Virus record (IMG/VR): IMGVR_UViG_3300046694_000136
Coordinates: 1-64,000 of that record
DNA length: 64,000 bases
Direction: 5' to 3' (one strand)
This document shows positions 45,432 to 53,197 of this stretch, piece by piece. Each line of letters begins with the position of its first letter. The stretch's first letter is position 1. The translations under genes were made by a program, and so were the position numbers. The notes below the pieces were generated by a model, which worked only from the letters and a program-made list of their open reading frames with translations, had not been told where the DNA came from and made no database searches.

Positions 45432-45887
45432 ATGACTACCAAGAAAAACCTGAACAAAGAATTCGGCGAATCGATGGACCTGGGTATCAAGAACCTGGTG
45501 GACAACCACAAGTTCCACAAGGCCACCAACCACGTCGAATTCGACACCAGCAAACTGGAAATGCCAGAAGGCGTCACTCTCGAATCCATTGGTGTTGTCA
45601 GCGACTACATCAATAACCTGGCCCTGCAAGCTGAATCGGCCACCAGCCAGATCGCCCGTACCCTGCACGGCGAGAACAAAGATCTGACCACTCTGGACAG
45701 TACCCTGAAACTGGGCAATGCTCTGGACATCAACTCCACCCACCATCTGCGTCAACAAGTGGGCGAAGAGTTCATCTACGGCGGTCACACCACCGCGGTC
45801 GATTTCCACCACAACCAAGTGCAGGCTGATTGGTTGAGCAGCAACCGTGCTGCCGATCAAGACCTGGCCGCTAAGCTGTTTGGTTAA
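45432..45887 (+). CDS. highly expressed hypothetical protein, possibly of a jumbo-phage DNA-binding family
   Basis: GGAG SD; very strong codon bias; the MPEGVT-x-ES motif recalls a conserved jumbo-phage family (low certainty). Confidence 0.7.
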   Translation: MTTKKNLNKEFGESMDLGIKNLVDNHKFHKATNHVEFDTSKLEMPEGVTLESIGVVSDYINNLALQAESATSQIARTLHGENKDLTTLDSTLKLGNALDINSTHHLRQQVGEEFIYGGHTTAVDFHHNQVQADWLSSNRAADQDLAAKLFG

Positions 45888-45902
45888 GTCTTTTTGAGTA
45901 AT

Positions 45903-45950
45903 GGGTAGTCAGGGGGACCTGGCTACCTCTTATTCCGCATTTTTATTTTT
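45903..45950 (+). terminator. Rho-independent terminator
   Basis: GGGTAGTCAGG-GGGA-CCTGGCTACCT stem with G-U pairs, followed by T-rich runs. Confidence 0.65.
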
Positions 45951-45962
45951 GGAGTAGTTGTT

Positions 45963-46268
45963 ATGGCTCGTGTAATCTCGTTTGAAATGGCCCTGGATAA
46001 AGAACCTGAACGGGTTCGTAACTGGGAGTACAAAGCGCTTTCTTTGAAGATCTCTAAGAAGGCTGCTGCCAAAGGTAAACGTCCTACCTTCCTCGTTGTT
46101 GAGAAAGGTGTAGGGGTTACTCAGATGACTGTCAAGCAGGATGCTGAGGGTACTCACTTTATTCTGTCTGAGAACTCCGAGTTCAGCCAAGCTGACTGCC
46201 AGCGCGCAGTAGGCCTGATCAGCACAGCAATGTTCCAGATCATGAGCGAACGTGGCGTCATCAACTAA
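45963..46268 (+). CDS. hypothetical protein (101 aa)
   Basis: GGAG SD. Confidence 0.8.
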   Translation: MARVISFEMALDKEPERVRNWEYKALSLKISKKAAAKGKRPTFLVVEKGVGVTQMTVKQDAEGTHFILSENSEFSQADCQRAVGLISTAMFQIMSERGVIN

Positions 46269-46282
46269 GTAGTGAGGGTGGT

Positions 46283-46960
46283 ATGTCTAATAACTTTGTT
46301 TTGGGATGCACTCGTGAGTTCTTAGAAGCTCAGCTCGGTAACATTCCGCTGAGGCTCATGGGGGAACAGACTCGAGAGATTCTGGATCTGGCGTCTTGCG
46401 GCGCCATGATCGTTAATACCGAGCGCTTGGAACACCATGTTGACCACAGTCTTCGTCTGACAGCGTTCAGTGTCATCATGAAACGTTATCAGGACCAACG
46501 CATTGCGTTCATGGTACTGGGGAGGGAGAACGGTCATTTCAGCATCGGGTTAACGCAAGAGGTTCCTCTTAACCAGATTGTCACTACTCCTCTGGGCGGT
46601 TCCAATATTAACATTTCGGAATCCCTACTCCGTGCTGATTCCACGAATCGTTGCAAGGTAGTCATTAAAGACGAAGGGAAGGAAATCATCATCCCTACAG
46701 TTTACCCTGTTGGGTTTGTACGGGGTGGTTTCGAGTTGACTAAGAAATACACCAGAAACATCGGTGTATTGTTTCCTCACGTTATTGAGTTCAATAGTTT
46801 CATGCTTCACCAGGAAGATGGCGAGGACTTCAACGGCATTAACTGGATGAGTTTGGAGCAGTTGGAGGAGTTTCGTAAAGAACACACTTTCGATCCTTGG
46901 TCCGAAGAGCTTATCAAGGCTATCGATAAGTTTGTAATTTTCGTTAATAAAACACCTTAA
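46283..46960 (+). CDS. degenerate Nudix-like protein, probable paralog of the next gene
   Basis: FSIGLTQEV, RNIGVLF and PWSEELIKAI parallel LSLGVGGHV, IHFGVLT and PWSKLIIVKI of the neighbour. Confidence 0.5.
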   Translation: MSNNFVLGCTREFLEAQLGNIPLRLMGEQTREILDLASCGAMIVNTERLEHHVDHSLRLTAFSVIMKRYQDQRIAFMVLGRENGHFSIGLTQEVPLNQIVTTPLGGSNINISESLLRADSTNRCKVVIKDEGKEIIIPTVYPVGFVRGGFELTKKYTRNIGVLFPHVIEFNSFMLHQEDGEDFNGINWMSLEQLEEFRKEHTFDPWSEELIKAIDKFVIFVNKTP

Positions 46961-46988
46961 CCCACCCAGCCAATCAAAGGAATACTTG

Positions 46989-47783
46989 ATGTTCAACTAT
47001 ATCACCGAAGCAATGGAAAACGCTCGTGCGCAAGAAAAGAACGCTGAGTTCACTTTCGGCGTTCATGCACCGTCTCTGCTGGAACAGGTTCCTGATAACC
47101 AGGCTACCATTCTCGAACCACTCGCCGCTGAAACCATTCTCCACAACCTCGGCGGTGCGGTCATGGGTTCCGTGCGTTCCCTGAACGAGAAGTACGGTCT
47201 GCTGCGCCAAGCGATCATGTACGGTCTCATCTGGCGGGTGCACCCTGAGAAGGGCATCCAGTTCTTCGTATACCGTCGTACCAAGCGGAACAACGTCGGT
47301 CAGCTGGCTCAGCGTCTCAGCTTGGGTGTCGGCGGTCACGTCGATCTAGGCGATGTGCATATCTACGATCACGAGAAAGACGACGGCTCGGGTCAGGTCA
47401 TTGATCTCCCTCAAACCCTGGCTGAGAACTATCATCGTGAACGCGGTCAAGAAGTTGATGGTGATGACCGTACTGTTGCTGCGTACGAAGCACCGACCAT
47501 TAATGGCTTCGTGATGGACAGTCAACCGGTTGAAGGTTATGTGGGTAACATCCACTTCGGCGTGCTGACTGCGGTTAAGGTTCATAACACCAACATCGAA
47601 CTGAAGATGAAAGAGTCTCACAATGACGCAGAAGGCTGGTTCACTCCCGCTGAGCTGGTCTCGATTGTCGACGGTAAAACCAAGATCGCCCACGACGAGC
47701 AAGACGTCAACTTCGAACCGTGGTCTAAGCTCATCATCGTCAAGATCGAAGAGCTGGTCGCTACTCTGGATGTAGCAGCTTAA
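46989..47783 (+). CDS. Nudix/MutT-like phosphoesterase (COG4112-like)
   Basis: YRR...RLSLGVGGHV, Nudix-box remnant YHRERGQEV, VGNIHFG and EPWS. Confidence 0.65.
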   Translation: MFNYITEAMENARAQEKNAEFTFGVHAPSLLEQVPDNQATILEPLAAETILHNLGGAVMGSVRSLNEKYGLLRQAIMYGLIWRVHPEKGIQFFVYRRTKRNNVGQLAQRLSLGVGGHVDLGDVHIYDHEKDDGSGQVIDLPQTLAENYHRERGQEVDGDDRTVAAYEAPTINGFVMDSQPVEGYVGNIHFGVLTAVKVHNTNIELKMKESHNDAEGWFTPAELVSIVDGKTKIAHDEQDVNFEPWSKLIIVKIEELVATLDVAA

Positions 47784-47790
47784 TTGTTCT

Positions 47791-47828
47791 GGTGGTGGGC
47801 TTCGGCTCACCATCGTTTCTTTATTTTT
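47791..47828 (+). terminator. Rho-independent terminator with a cUUCGg tetraloop
   Basis: GGTGGTGGGC-TTCG-GCTCACCATC followed by a T tract. Confidence 0.85.
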
Positions 47829-47867
47829 GACCCAATACTACGATACCAATCAATTGAGGGTCTAGTC

Positions 47868-48050
47868 ATGGGTGATGTAAAGTTTGATCCGGAACTGCTC
47901 AATAGTCTGGGTGTAGTACAAAAGGGGTTCCCTGAGGAGCCTATTCCTTATAACCCCCGTAACCCTAAGCCGTTCAATATTCAACGGGCTAACGAAGCCC
48001 CTAAACACTTTGATTTTGGCATGGATCTTAGCCTGCCTAAAAAGGATTGA
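47868..48050 (+). CDS. small hypothetical protein (60 aa)
   Basis: GAGGG SD before ATG 47868; the longer predicted N-terminus is the terminator. Confidence 0.7.
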   Translation: MGDVKFDPELLNSLGVVQKGFPEEPIPYNPRNPKPFNIQRANEAPKHFDFGMDLSLPKKD

Positions 48051-48053
48051 TTA

Positions 48054-48716
48054 ATGTTTATTGCACTTGAAGGGATTGGTGGTACAGGAAAGGGTACTCT
48101 GAAAACTCAGCTGTTCGAGTTGATGGAGAAGAAAGGTATTCCTCATATCAAAACCCGCGAGCCCGGCGGTACTCCCATTGCGGAGCATTTGCGAGAACTG
48201 ACCCGTAGCGGGTTCAGGATTGATGGCGGGGTAGAGTTCGCTACTCCAATGGCTACTGCACTGTTGTTCAACGCGGCTCGTAGCGAGCATTGGGCGACAC
48301 TCATCGAACCTGCTCTGAAAGACGATTACTTGGTACTGACTGATCGCTTCTGCGACTCGACCTTCACGTATCAAAGCGTGTTCATGGGTATCGACATCGA
48401 GAAGCTGAAACAGTTACACGACATGGTGATCGGTGTTTACCCAACAATGACTTTCTTGCTGGACTGTCCTGCTGAGATCGCAATGGCTCGGGTAACTGAC
48501 TTTGAAAAGAGTCGTGACCAGTTCGACCGCATTGGGGTGGAGAAGCAGGAGCGTATGCGGGAAGTCTATCTGGAGCTCGCTGCCGCGGAACCGCACCGTT
48601 ACTACGTAATTGATGCGTCCGGTACCCCTGAACATGTTTGGGCTCAAGTAGAACCTCTTTTCCTCAAGACAGTACTTCCAAGCGCTGCATTCGCCGAGTA
48701 CGTCTATAGCAGTTAA
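48054..48716 (+). CDS. tmk: thymidylate (dTMP) kinase
   Basis: FIALEGIGGTGKGT P-loop, REPGGT, DRFCDSTFTYQ, DQFD. Confidence 0.95.
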   Translation: MFIALEGIGGTGKGTLKTQLFELMEKKGIPHIKTREPGGTPIAEHLRELTRSGFRIDGGVEFATPMATALLFNAARSEHWATLIEPALKDDYLVLTDRFCDSTFTYQSVFMGIDIEKLKQLHDMVIGVYPTMTFLLDCPAEIAMARVTDFEKSRDQFDRIGVEKQERMREVYLELAAAEPHRYYVIDASGTPEHVWAQVEPLFLKTVLPSAAFAEYVYSS

Positions 48717-48729
48717 CAAGGAGTAAATC

Positions 48730-48999
48730 ATGGACAATATCTTCAGACCGTCTACCGCCTTCCCAGCAGTAGAAGATAACCTGTCAGTCTTTCATGATCT
48801 GATCGGTAATCAGATTGCCAAAGATATCGAGAAGATCGCTGCGGAAGCTTGGGGTAAGTTTGCTGGAACACGGGCTACCCCTGAAGAAGAGCAGTCGTAC
48901 TTCCGTAAAGTCTACGAGGCTAAAGCGGTAGAACTCGGTCTTACCCCGGTACGGATTACTCAAACCTTTGATGTCATTGCTACAAGGACGGAAGAGTGA
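48730..48999 (+). CDS. hypothetical protein (89 aa)
   Basis: AAGGAG SD. Confidence 0.8.
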   Translation: MDNIFRPSTAFPAVEDNLSVFHDLIGNQIAKDIEKIAAEAWGKFAGTRATPEEEQSYFRKVYEAKAVELGLTPVRITQTFDVIATRTEE

Positions 49000-49364
49000 T
49001 GGAAAATAAGAACCTGAAACAGGAACTGGAATGGATCGATAAGAATCCCCAGTACTACAAGAACGCTCAGCATCAGGAAGATGTGAAACACAACATCACG
49101 GTTAACTACGAGATCCGTGAACTTGAGAGTCAGTTGAATATTGTGGCTATCCATGAGCGAGCTGCGCTGGAGCTGCGCATTGGCGATCTCAAGGATTCTC
49201 GTCGTGAAGTCGATCTGAAGTACTGCTCGATCAAGTGTCCTCCTATTCCGAAAACCAAGGATGAGTTGAAAAATAAAGTAGACTCCAGTAAGCATCTGTC
49301 CAACCCACGTCGATCACCTATCTCGACTAAGTACCCGGTTGAAAACAAAAAGATTCCTCTCTAG
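48999..49364 (+). CDS. hypothetical coiled-coil protein (121 aa)
   Basis: TGATG overlap with the previous gene. Confidence 0.7.
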   Translation: MENKNLKQELEWIDKNPQYYKNAQHQEDVKHNITVNYEIRELESQLNIVAIHERAALELRIGDLKDSRREVDLKYCSIKCPPIPKTKDELKNKVDSSKHLSNPRRSPISTKYPVENKKIPL

Positions 49365-49373
49365 GAGTATTTC

Positions 49374-49871
49374 GTGGAAAAGACTGAACTGCAATACCAG
49401 CTGAATGTTAAGACACTTCGTCAGTTCGAAGAAACGTTCCAAAAGATCCAAACCGAAGTAGCACTGGAAGATCCATGGCAAGGCATGAGTTCTGCTATGG
49501 ATGTGCTGGCCAAGAACTTGAAGCCTGGGCAAGTCGTTAAAGCAGTTACTCGGGCTTGGCGTGGTAACAACAGCAGTGACAGTAAGCTGATCGTCATTGG
49601 TACTCCTGCCGGTCCGCTGTGTCTCTATCAGGTTACTCAAGGGAGCAGTACGGGTAAACCGACTATTGAAGAGCGGACGTTCATTCAGCCGCATATTCCC
49701 GGTGGTATTTACGGGCTGCTTTTCAAGCGGTTGAATAACCCAATGGATCCGGAAGATCTTGCTTGGCTCCTTAATCCGGATGAGCCTGACACCAAGAACA
49801 TCGGGATCGACCTGACTTACTTTACCTGTAACCTCGCGCCGGGGTTCAAGTTCAAAGAAGTTGAAGACTAA
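49374..49871 (+). CDS. hypothetical protein, paralog of 50011..50475
   Basis: AGGAG SD; LKPGQV...IVIGT motif. Confidence 0.75.
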   Translation: MEKTELQYQLNVKTLRQFEETFQKIQTEVALEDPWQGMSSAMDVLAKNLKPGQVVKAVTRAWRGNNSSDSKLIVIGTPAGPLCLYQVTQGSSTGKPTIEERTFIQPHIPGGIYGLLFKRLNNPMDPEDLAWLLNPDEPDTKNIGIDLTYFTCNLAPGFKFKEVED

Positions 49872-49880
49872 TCGTAATTA

Positions 49881-49908
49881 CCAGTACTTGCCCAAGGGCA
49901 AGTACTGG
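49881..49908 (+). terminator. hairpin terminator
   Basis: CCAGTACTTGCCC-AA-GGGCAAGTACTGG inverted repeat. Confidence 0.75.
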
Positions 49909-49956
49909 GGTTATGTATGCTCCTGTTTATTTTTCACTTATAGGGCTTCTCAGGCC

Positions 49957-49977
49957 TATATCATCAGTGTGAATAAA
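49957..49977 (+). promoter_or_regulatory. early promoter-like motif TATATCAT-CAGTGTGAATAAA
   Basis: The 13-mer is identical to 5436-5448; intergenic after a terminator. Confidence 0.6.
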
Positions 49978-50010
49978 GACCAACCTTTATTTAACCATTA
50001 GGAGTTTGTC

Positions 50011-50475
50011 ATGAGTCTTAAAGCACTTGATGAAAGCATCGAATTGGCTAAACGTTTCGAGAACGTTTTCGCCGCCACCACTCGCGTGTTGGCTTTCCAG
50101 GATAACTGGAGAAGTTCGGTAGGTCCTGGCTATGATGGCGCAGTGAACCTGATCCTCAAACCGGGTGAAGTGGCTCGTACCACTGACCTCGAAAACAAAG
50201 TTCGGATGATCCTCATTGGGACCGATCTGGACACCGTGGTAGTTTATGAGCGAGTTACTGGTTCCAGTTTCTCTCTTGTGTACAACGCCAACGCTGCACT
50301 GGACTTTCTGCTGGGCGGCAGTTACCTGTCCATTGCACAATTCAGCTTGGTCATCACTGACTACGATATCAAAGAAAATATCGGGACCAGTCTGGCTAAT
50401 CTGTACAACCGTATCGGTCGCCGCAAGGCTCACGCTGCCGATAAGCCACGGGAGCTTAATGCTGTCCCAAAGTGA
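50011..50475 (+). CDS. hypothetical early protein, paralog of 49374..49871
   Basis: AGGAG SD; LKPGEV...ILIGT...VVVYER motif. Confidence 0.85.
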   Translation: MSLKALDESIELAKRFENVFAATTRVLAFQDNWRSSVGPGYDGAVNLILKPGEVARTTDLENKVRMILIGTDLDTVVVYERVTGSSFSLVYNANAALDFLLGGSYLSIAQFSLVITDYDIKENIGTSLANLYNRIGRRKAHAADKPRELNAVPK

Positions 50476-50557
50476 ATGCCCAGGTAGAAGGGTTCTTTAA
50501 CCGTTTTCTTTCCTGGGCTTCGTAGTACTTAGGATCAATCCTCAACAGGAGTTGCAC

Positions 50558-51001
50558 ATGAAGAAGTTGCTGTTGGCTGCGCTCATGGCGTTTGCAGCTA
50601 TCACCCCCACCGCCCAAGCACAAGACGAGGTGATACTGTTCTGTCGGTTGGACGTTCCCGGAGATGTGTTACTCATTCTCCAGAATGATCCGGATACAGA
50701 CCTCTGGACTGTGCAAGAAGTTTCCGATACGTATCGCAAGAAAGAATCCCACCCCGCTATTAGTGTAGCTATCTCGGTCAGCGGGGCGGAGCCTAATGAT
50801 GCAACGATCGAATTGAGTTTCCCTCAATCTAAAGGCATGTTAGTAGTAACGGCCAGCAAGAAGGACTGGGAACTTAGCGGTCATGTAAAAGAGCTCGATC
50901 ATGGAAAGGAAACAAACTATAGGGAATGTAAGCCCAACGGCATGCGTTTCTACATTAATCATAAAGCGCTTCAATCGGAGAACCTCACCCACGTTGACTG
51001 A
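50558..51001 (+). CDS. secreted/periplasmic protein with a Sec signal peptide
   Basis: MKKLLLAALMAFAAITPTAQA|Q with an A-x-A cleavage site; two Cys; AGGAG SD. Confidence 0.8.
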   Translation: MKKLLLAALMAFAAITPTAQAQDEVILFCRLDVPGDVLLILQNDPDTDLWTVQEVSDTYRKKESHPAISVAISVSGAEPNDATIELSFPQSKGMLVVTASKKDWELSGHVKELDHGKETNYRECKPNGMRFYINHKALQSENLTHVD

Positions 51002-51007
51002 CCGAAG

Positions 51008-51049
51008 TAGGGAGTGATAATTCACTCCCTAACTCTCTTATTTTTTTTT
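51008..51049 (+). terminator. Rho-independent terminator
   Basis: 10-bp stem TAGGGAGTGA/TCACTCCCTA followed by a T9 tract. Confidence 0.85.
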
Positions 51050-51061
51050 GTCGGAGTTTGT

Positions 51062-51736
51062 ATGGCAAGTAGGCCCGATACGTTAAAGGACATGACGGTC
51101 TTGAAGGATATTCACGGGATACTGTCCGCTTATTTCCCTGACCGATTCATTTCGGCGGTCTATGACCACATGCGGGGTAACGATGAGGACAGTTTCAATC
51201 ACGAGTACCTGAGAGACAGTCTGTTTGTCATGCGTCGGTTGATTGAGAGTACAGATGATCTGGAACCGGATGATCCTAAGCTCCTGTACGGCATTATGGC
51301 GTTGATGGAGGCAGGTCACCCCTACACTAGGGATAAACCCTACGAACTGTCTCCAGGGATCTCTTGGGTCTTCCTGAGGCTATATGCACCGGAGGTCTTC
51401 AGTAGAGATGACCTTGCGTTCATTAGTAAGACCTGTAAACCCCTCATGCCTCAATCCTTGCGTCCTTCCCACCGCGTTAAGTTGCAGCTTATGGTCCACA
51501 ATACCAAGCACTTGACTAACGTTGTCCATTTTAAGTACCAAAGACTTTACGACAACTTCACAGGAGGTAAAACACGAAGAAACCCTGATGACAATATGCA
51601 CGAGCTTTTCTTAGAGTACTACGGCCCCAATGGGAATGTATGGAGTGCCATTTCAGATTCTGCTAAACGGATTTTCAGCACTGAGGTTGGCAAATTTAAA
51701 CGAGAAGTAGAGGCCGCAGTCAAACGTATCCGCTAG
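51062..51736 (+). CDS. hypothetical protein, possibly a degenerate HD-domain protein
   Basis: GGAG SD before ATG 51062; the layout recalls jumbo-phage HD hydrolases but the HD dyad is absent. Confidence 0.7.
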   Translation: MASRPDTLKDMTVLKDIHGILSAYFPDRFISAVYDHMRGNDEDSFNHEYLRDSLFVMRRLIESTDDLEPDDPKLLYGIMALMEAGHPYTRDKPYELSPGISWVFLRLYAPEVFSRDDLAFISKTCKPLMPQSLRPSHRVKLQLMVHNTKHLTNVVHFKYQRLYDNFTGGKTRRNPDDNMHELFLEYYGPNGNVWSAISDSAKRIFSTEVGKFKREVEAAVKRIR

Positions 51737-51748
51737 GAGAGAACCCTC

Positions 51749-52165
51749 ATGTACGACAGTTTGTATGAAATCGCCATGAACCTTATCTTTTTAGCCGTGT
51801 ACGCCGCGCTTGGTCTAGTGTTGCTGTACAGGTACTTAGCTTCCAAGGATTTGGACTATACACTTGTAAAGATCACGAGCGGCTACGTCTTCAGCTTTAA
51901 AGTAGGAATATTCGCAGGGAAGCTCAAGCTTATTCGACAACGTGGCTGTGCAGTACCGCGTTTCGTTAAGCACCTCGACGGTTGGGAAATAGTCTTTCCC
52001 GTCTTCTACACCGACAACCAGATCAATTCTTTCATAATGCGAAATAACCCACCCGGAAGTAAGACAGCGTCTCACGCTAAAGACTTAGAAGTCTACCGGG
52101 AAGTCGTTATCAAGCGGAATGAAAACCTTGTCTGTAAGGCAGGGACGATCTGCAAATTACGCTGA
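51749..52165 (+). CDS. membrane-anchored hypothetical protein (138 aa)
   Basis: Hydrophobic LIFLAVYAALGLVLLY near the N-terminus; GGAG SD. Confidence 0.75.
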   Translation: MYDSLYEIAMNLIFLAVYAALGLVLLYRYLASKDLDYTLVKITSGYVFSFKVGIFAGKLKLIRQRGCAVPRFVKHLDGWEIVFPVFYTDNQINSFIMRNNPPGSKTASHAKDLEVYREVVIKRNENLVCKAGTICKLR

Positions 52166-52175
52166 TGCATAATAA

Positions 52176-52204
52176 CCCCTCCCAGCCTTACGGGCTGGGA
52201 GGGG
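52176..52204. terminator. hairpin at a convergent junction
   Basis: 12-bp stem CCCCTCCCAGCC-TTACG-GGCTGGGAGGGG. Confidence 0.85.
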
Positions 52205-52230
52205 GTACACTGCTTTGCTTCTTTTACAAC

Positions 52231-53187
52231 TTAACCCAGGTAACCAACGTCGTCCGCCGAGATCGCACCAGGCATGGCCGCAGCTTCCGCAGCGATACCA
52301 GCACCCGCAGCAACCTGCGCCTTCTCAACGGTCATCTGAGGAATGGTACCGCCCTTCGCAGCGTTGACAGTTGCCGATGGATTAATGAACCCAGCCGGTG
52401 CTGCTACTGCATCAGGGTTGTACAACGGCAGACGCTTGAGGAAGGTCCTGGCGATTTGTTTCACCGCCAGGGTATCCCACTCGAGCAGACCGGTGAACTC
52501 CATCTGGATGGAACGCATTTCACGCTCAGAGCTCTTGTCACGCTTGATCTCGATCGGAACCAAGGAGCGTGGCATCATCCCGAGGTTCAGAGCAGCGTGA
52601 GCAATGTCGCGCATGTTCCGAGTCGGAGTGAGGTAGATGTTCGAGCAGGACTGGTCATCCAGCAGCATCGGACCTGGATCGTCGAGGATCACGATCTTGG
52701 CGTTCTGGAGTTCCGGGTCCATGATCAACCAACGGCCCCAAACGTCGAACAGCTTGGTGAAGACTTCACCCTCGACGTCGATGGCGGTGTGGGTAACCGA
52801 ACCCTGGCTACGAGTAGCGCCAGAAGGAATGGACATGATGTGACCAGTCCACTCAACCGATTGGAAGCTGAAGTCCACGGTCAGACGGAGACCGTCGAAG
52901 CTCTGGGAACGGTTCTCGAAGAACGCCTTGCAGAGCGACGCGAAGGTCTTACCAGCTGGAAGCCGCGCGAACGCGGCAGGACCGGTAAGCTGGAAGCACC
53001 AGCCCATCTGTTCCAGGTGAGGTTGTTGGTTCAGGTAGTTGTACACCAGACCTGCCCAACCGTAAACACCGTGCAACTCGCCCTTAATAACCGGACGGTT
53101 ATCCAGGCCCAACGCCGTGACGAACTCATCACTCGCCGAGTACAGCGTGTCCGCATTACGATGCGGATAGTTAGTGTTGTTAGCCAT
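52231..53187 (-). CDS. tail tube protein (phiKZ gp30-like)
   Basis: Directly downstream of the sheath; strong codon bias; YGWAG...NYLNQQPH N-terminal motif. Confidence 0.7.
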   Translation of the reverse strand: MANNTNYPHRNADTLYSASDEFVTALGLDNRPVIKGELHGVYGWAGLVYNYLNQQPHLEQMGWCFQLTGPAAFARLPAGKTFASLCKAFFENRSQSFDGLRLTVDFSFQSVEWTGHIMSIPSGATRSQGSVTHTAIDVEGEVFTKLFDVWGRWLIMDPELQNAKIVILDDPGPMLLDDQSCSNIYLTPTRNMRDIAHAALNLGMMPRSLVPIEIKRDKSSEREMRSIQMEFTGLLEWDTLAVKQIARTFLKRLPLYNPDAVAAPAGFINPSATVNAAKGGTIPQMTVEKAQVAAGAGIAAEAAAMPGAISADDVGYLG

Positions 53188-53197
53188 GTATCAATCC

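Noticed and set aside
45347-45616. 89-aa ORF overlapping 45432..45887
   Set aside because: TTG start inside the RNA structure with no SD; Arg/Gln/His-rich off-frame composition.
47784-47867. Unusual N-terminus MFWWWASAHHRFFIF
   Set aside because: This is the translation of the UUCG terminator; the real start is ATG 47868.
51014-51061. Apparent signal peptide MIIHSLTLLFFFVG
   Set aside because: This is the translation of the terminator hairpin and T tract; the real start is ATG 51062 with a GGAG SD.
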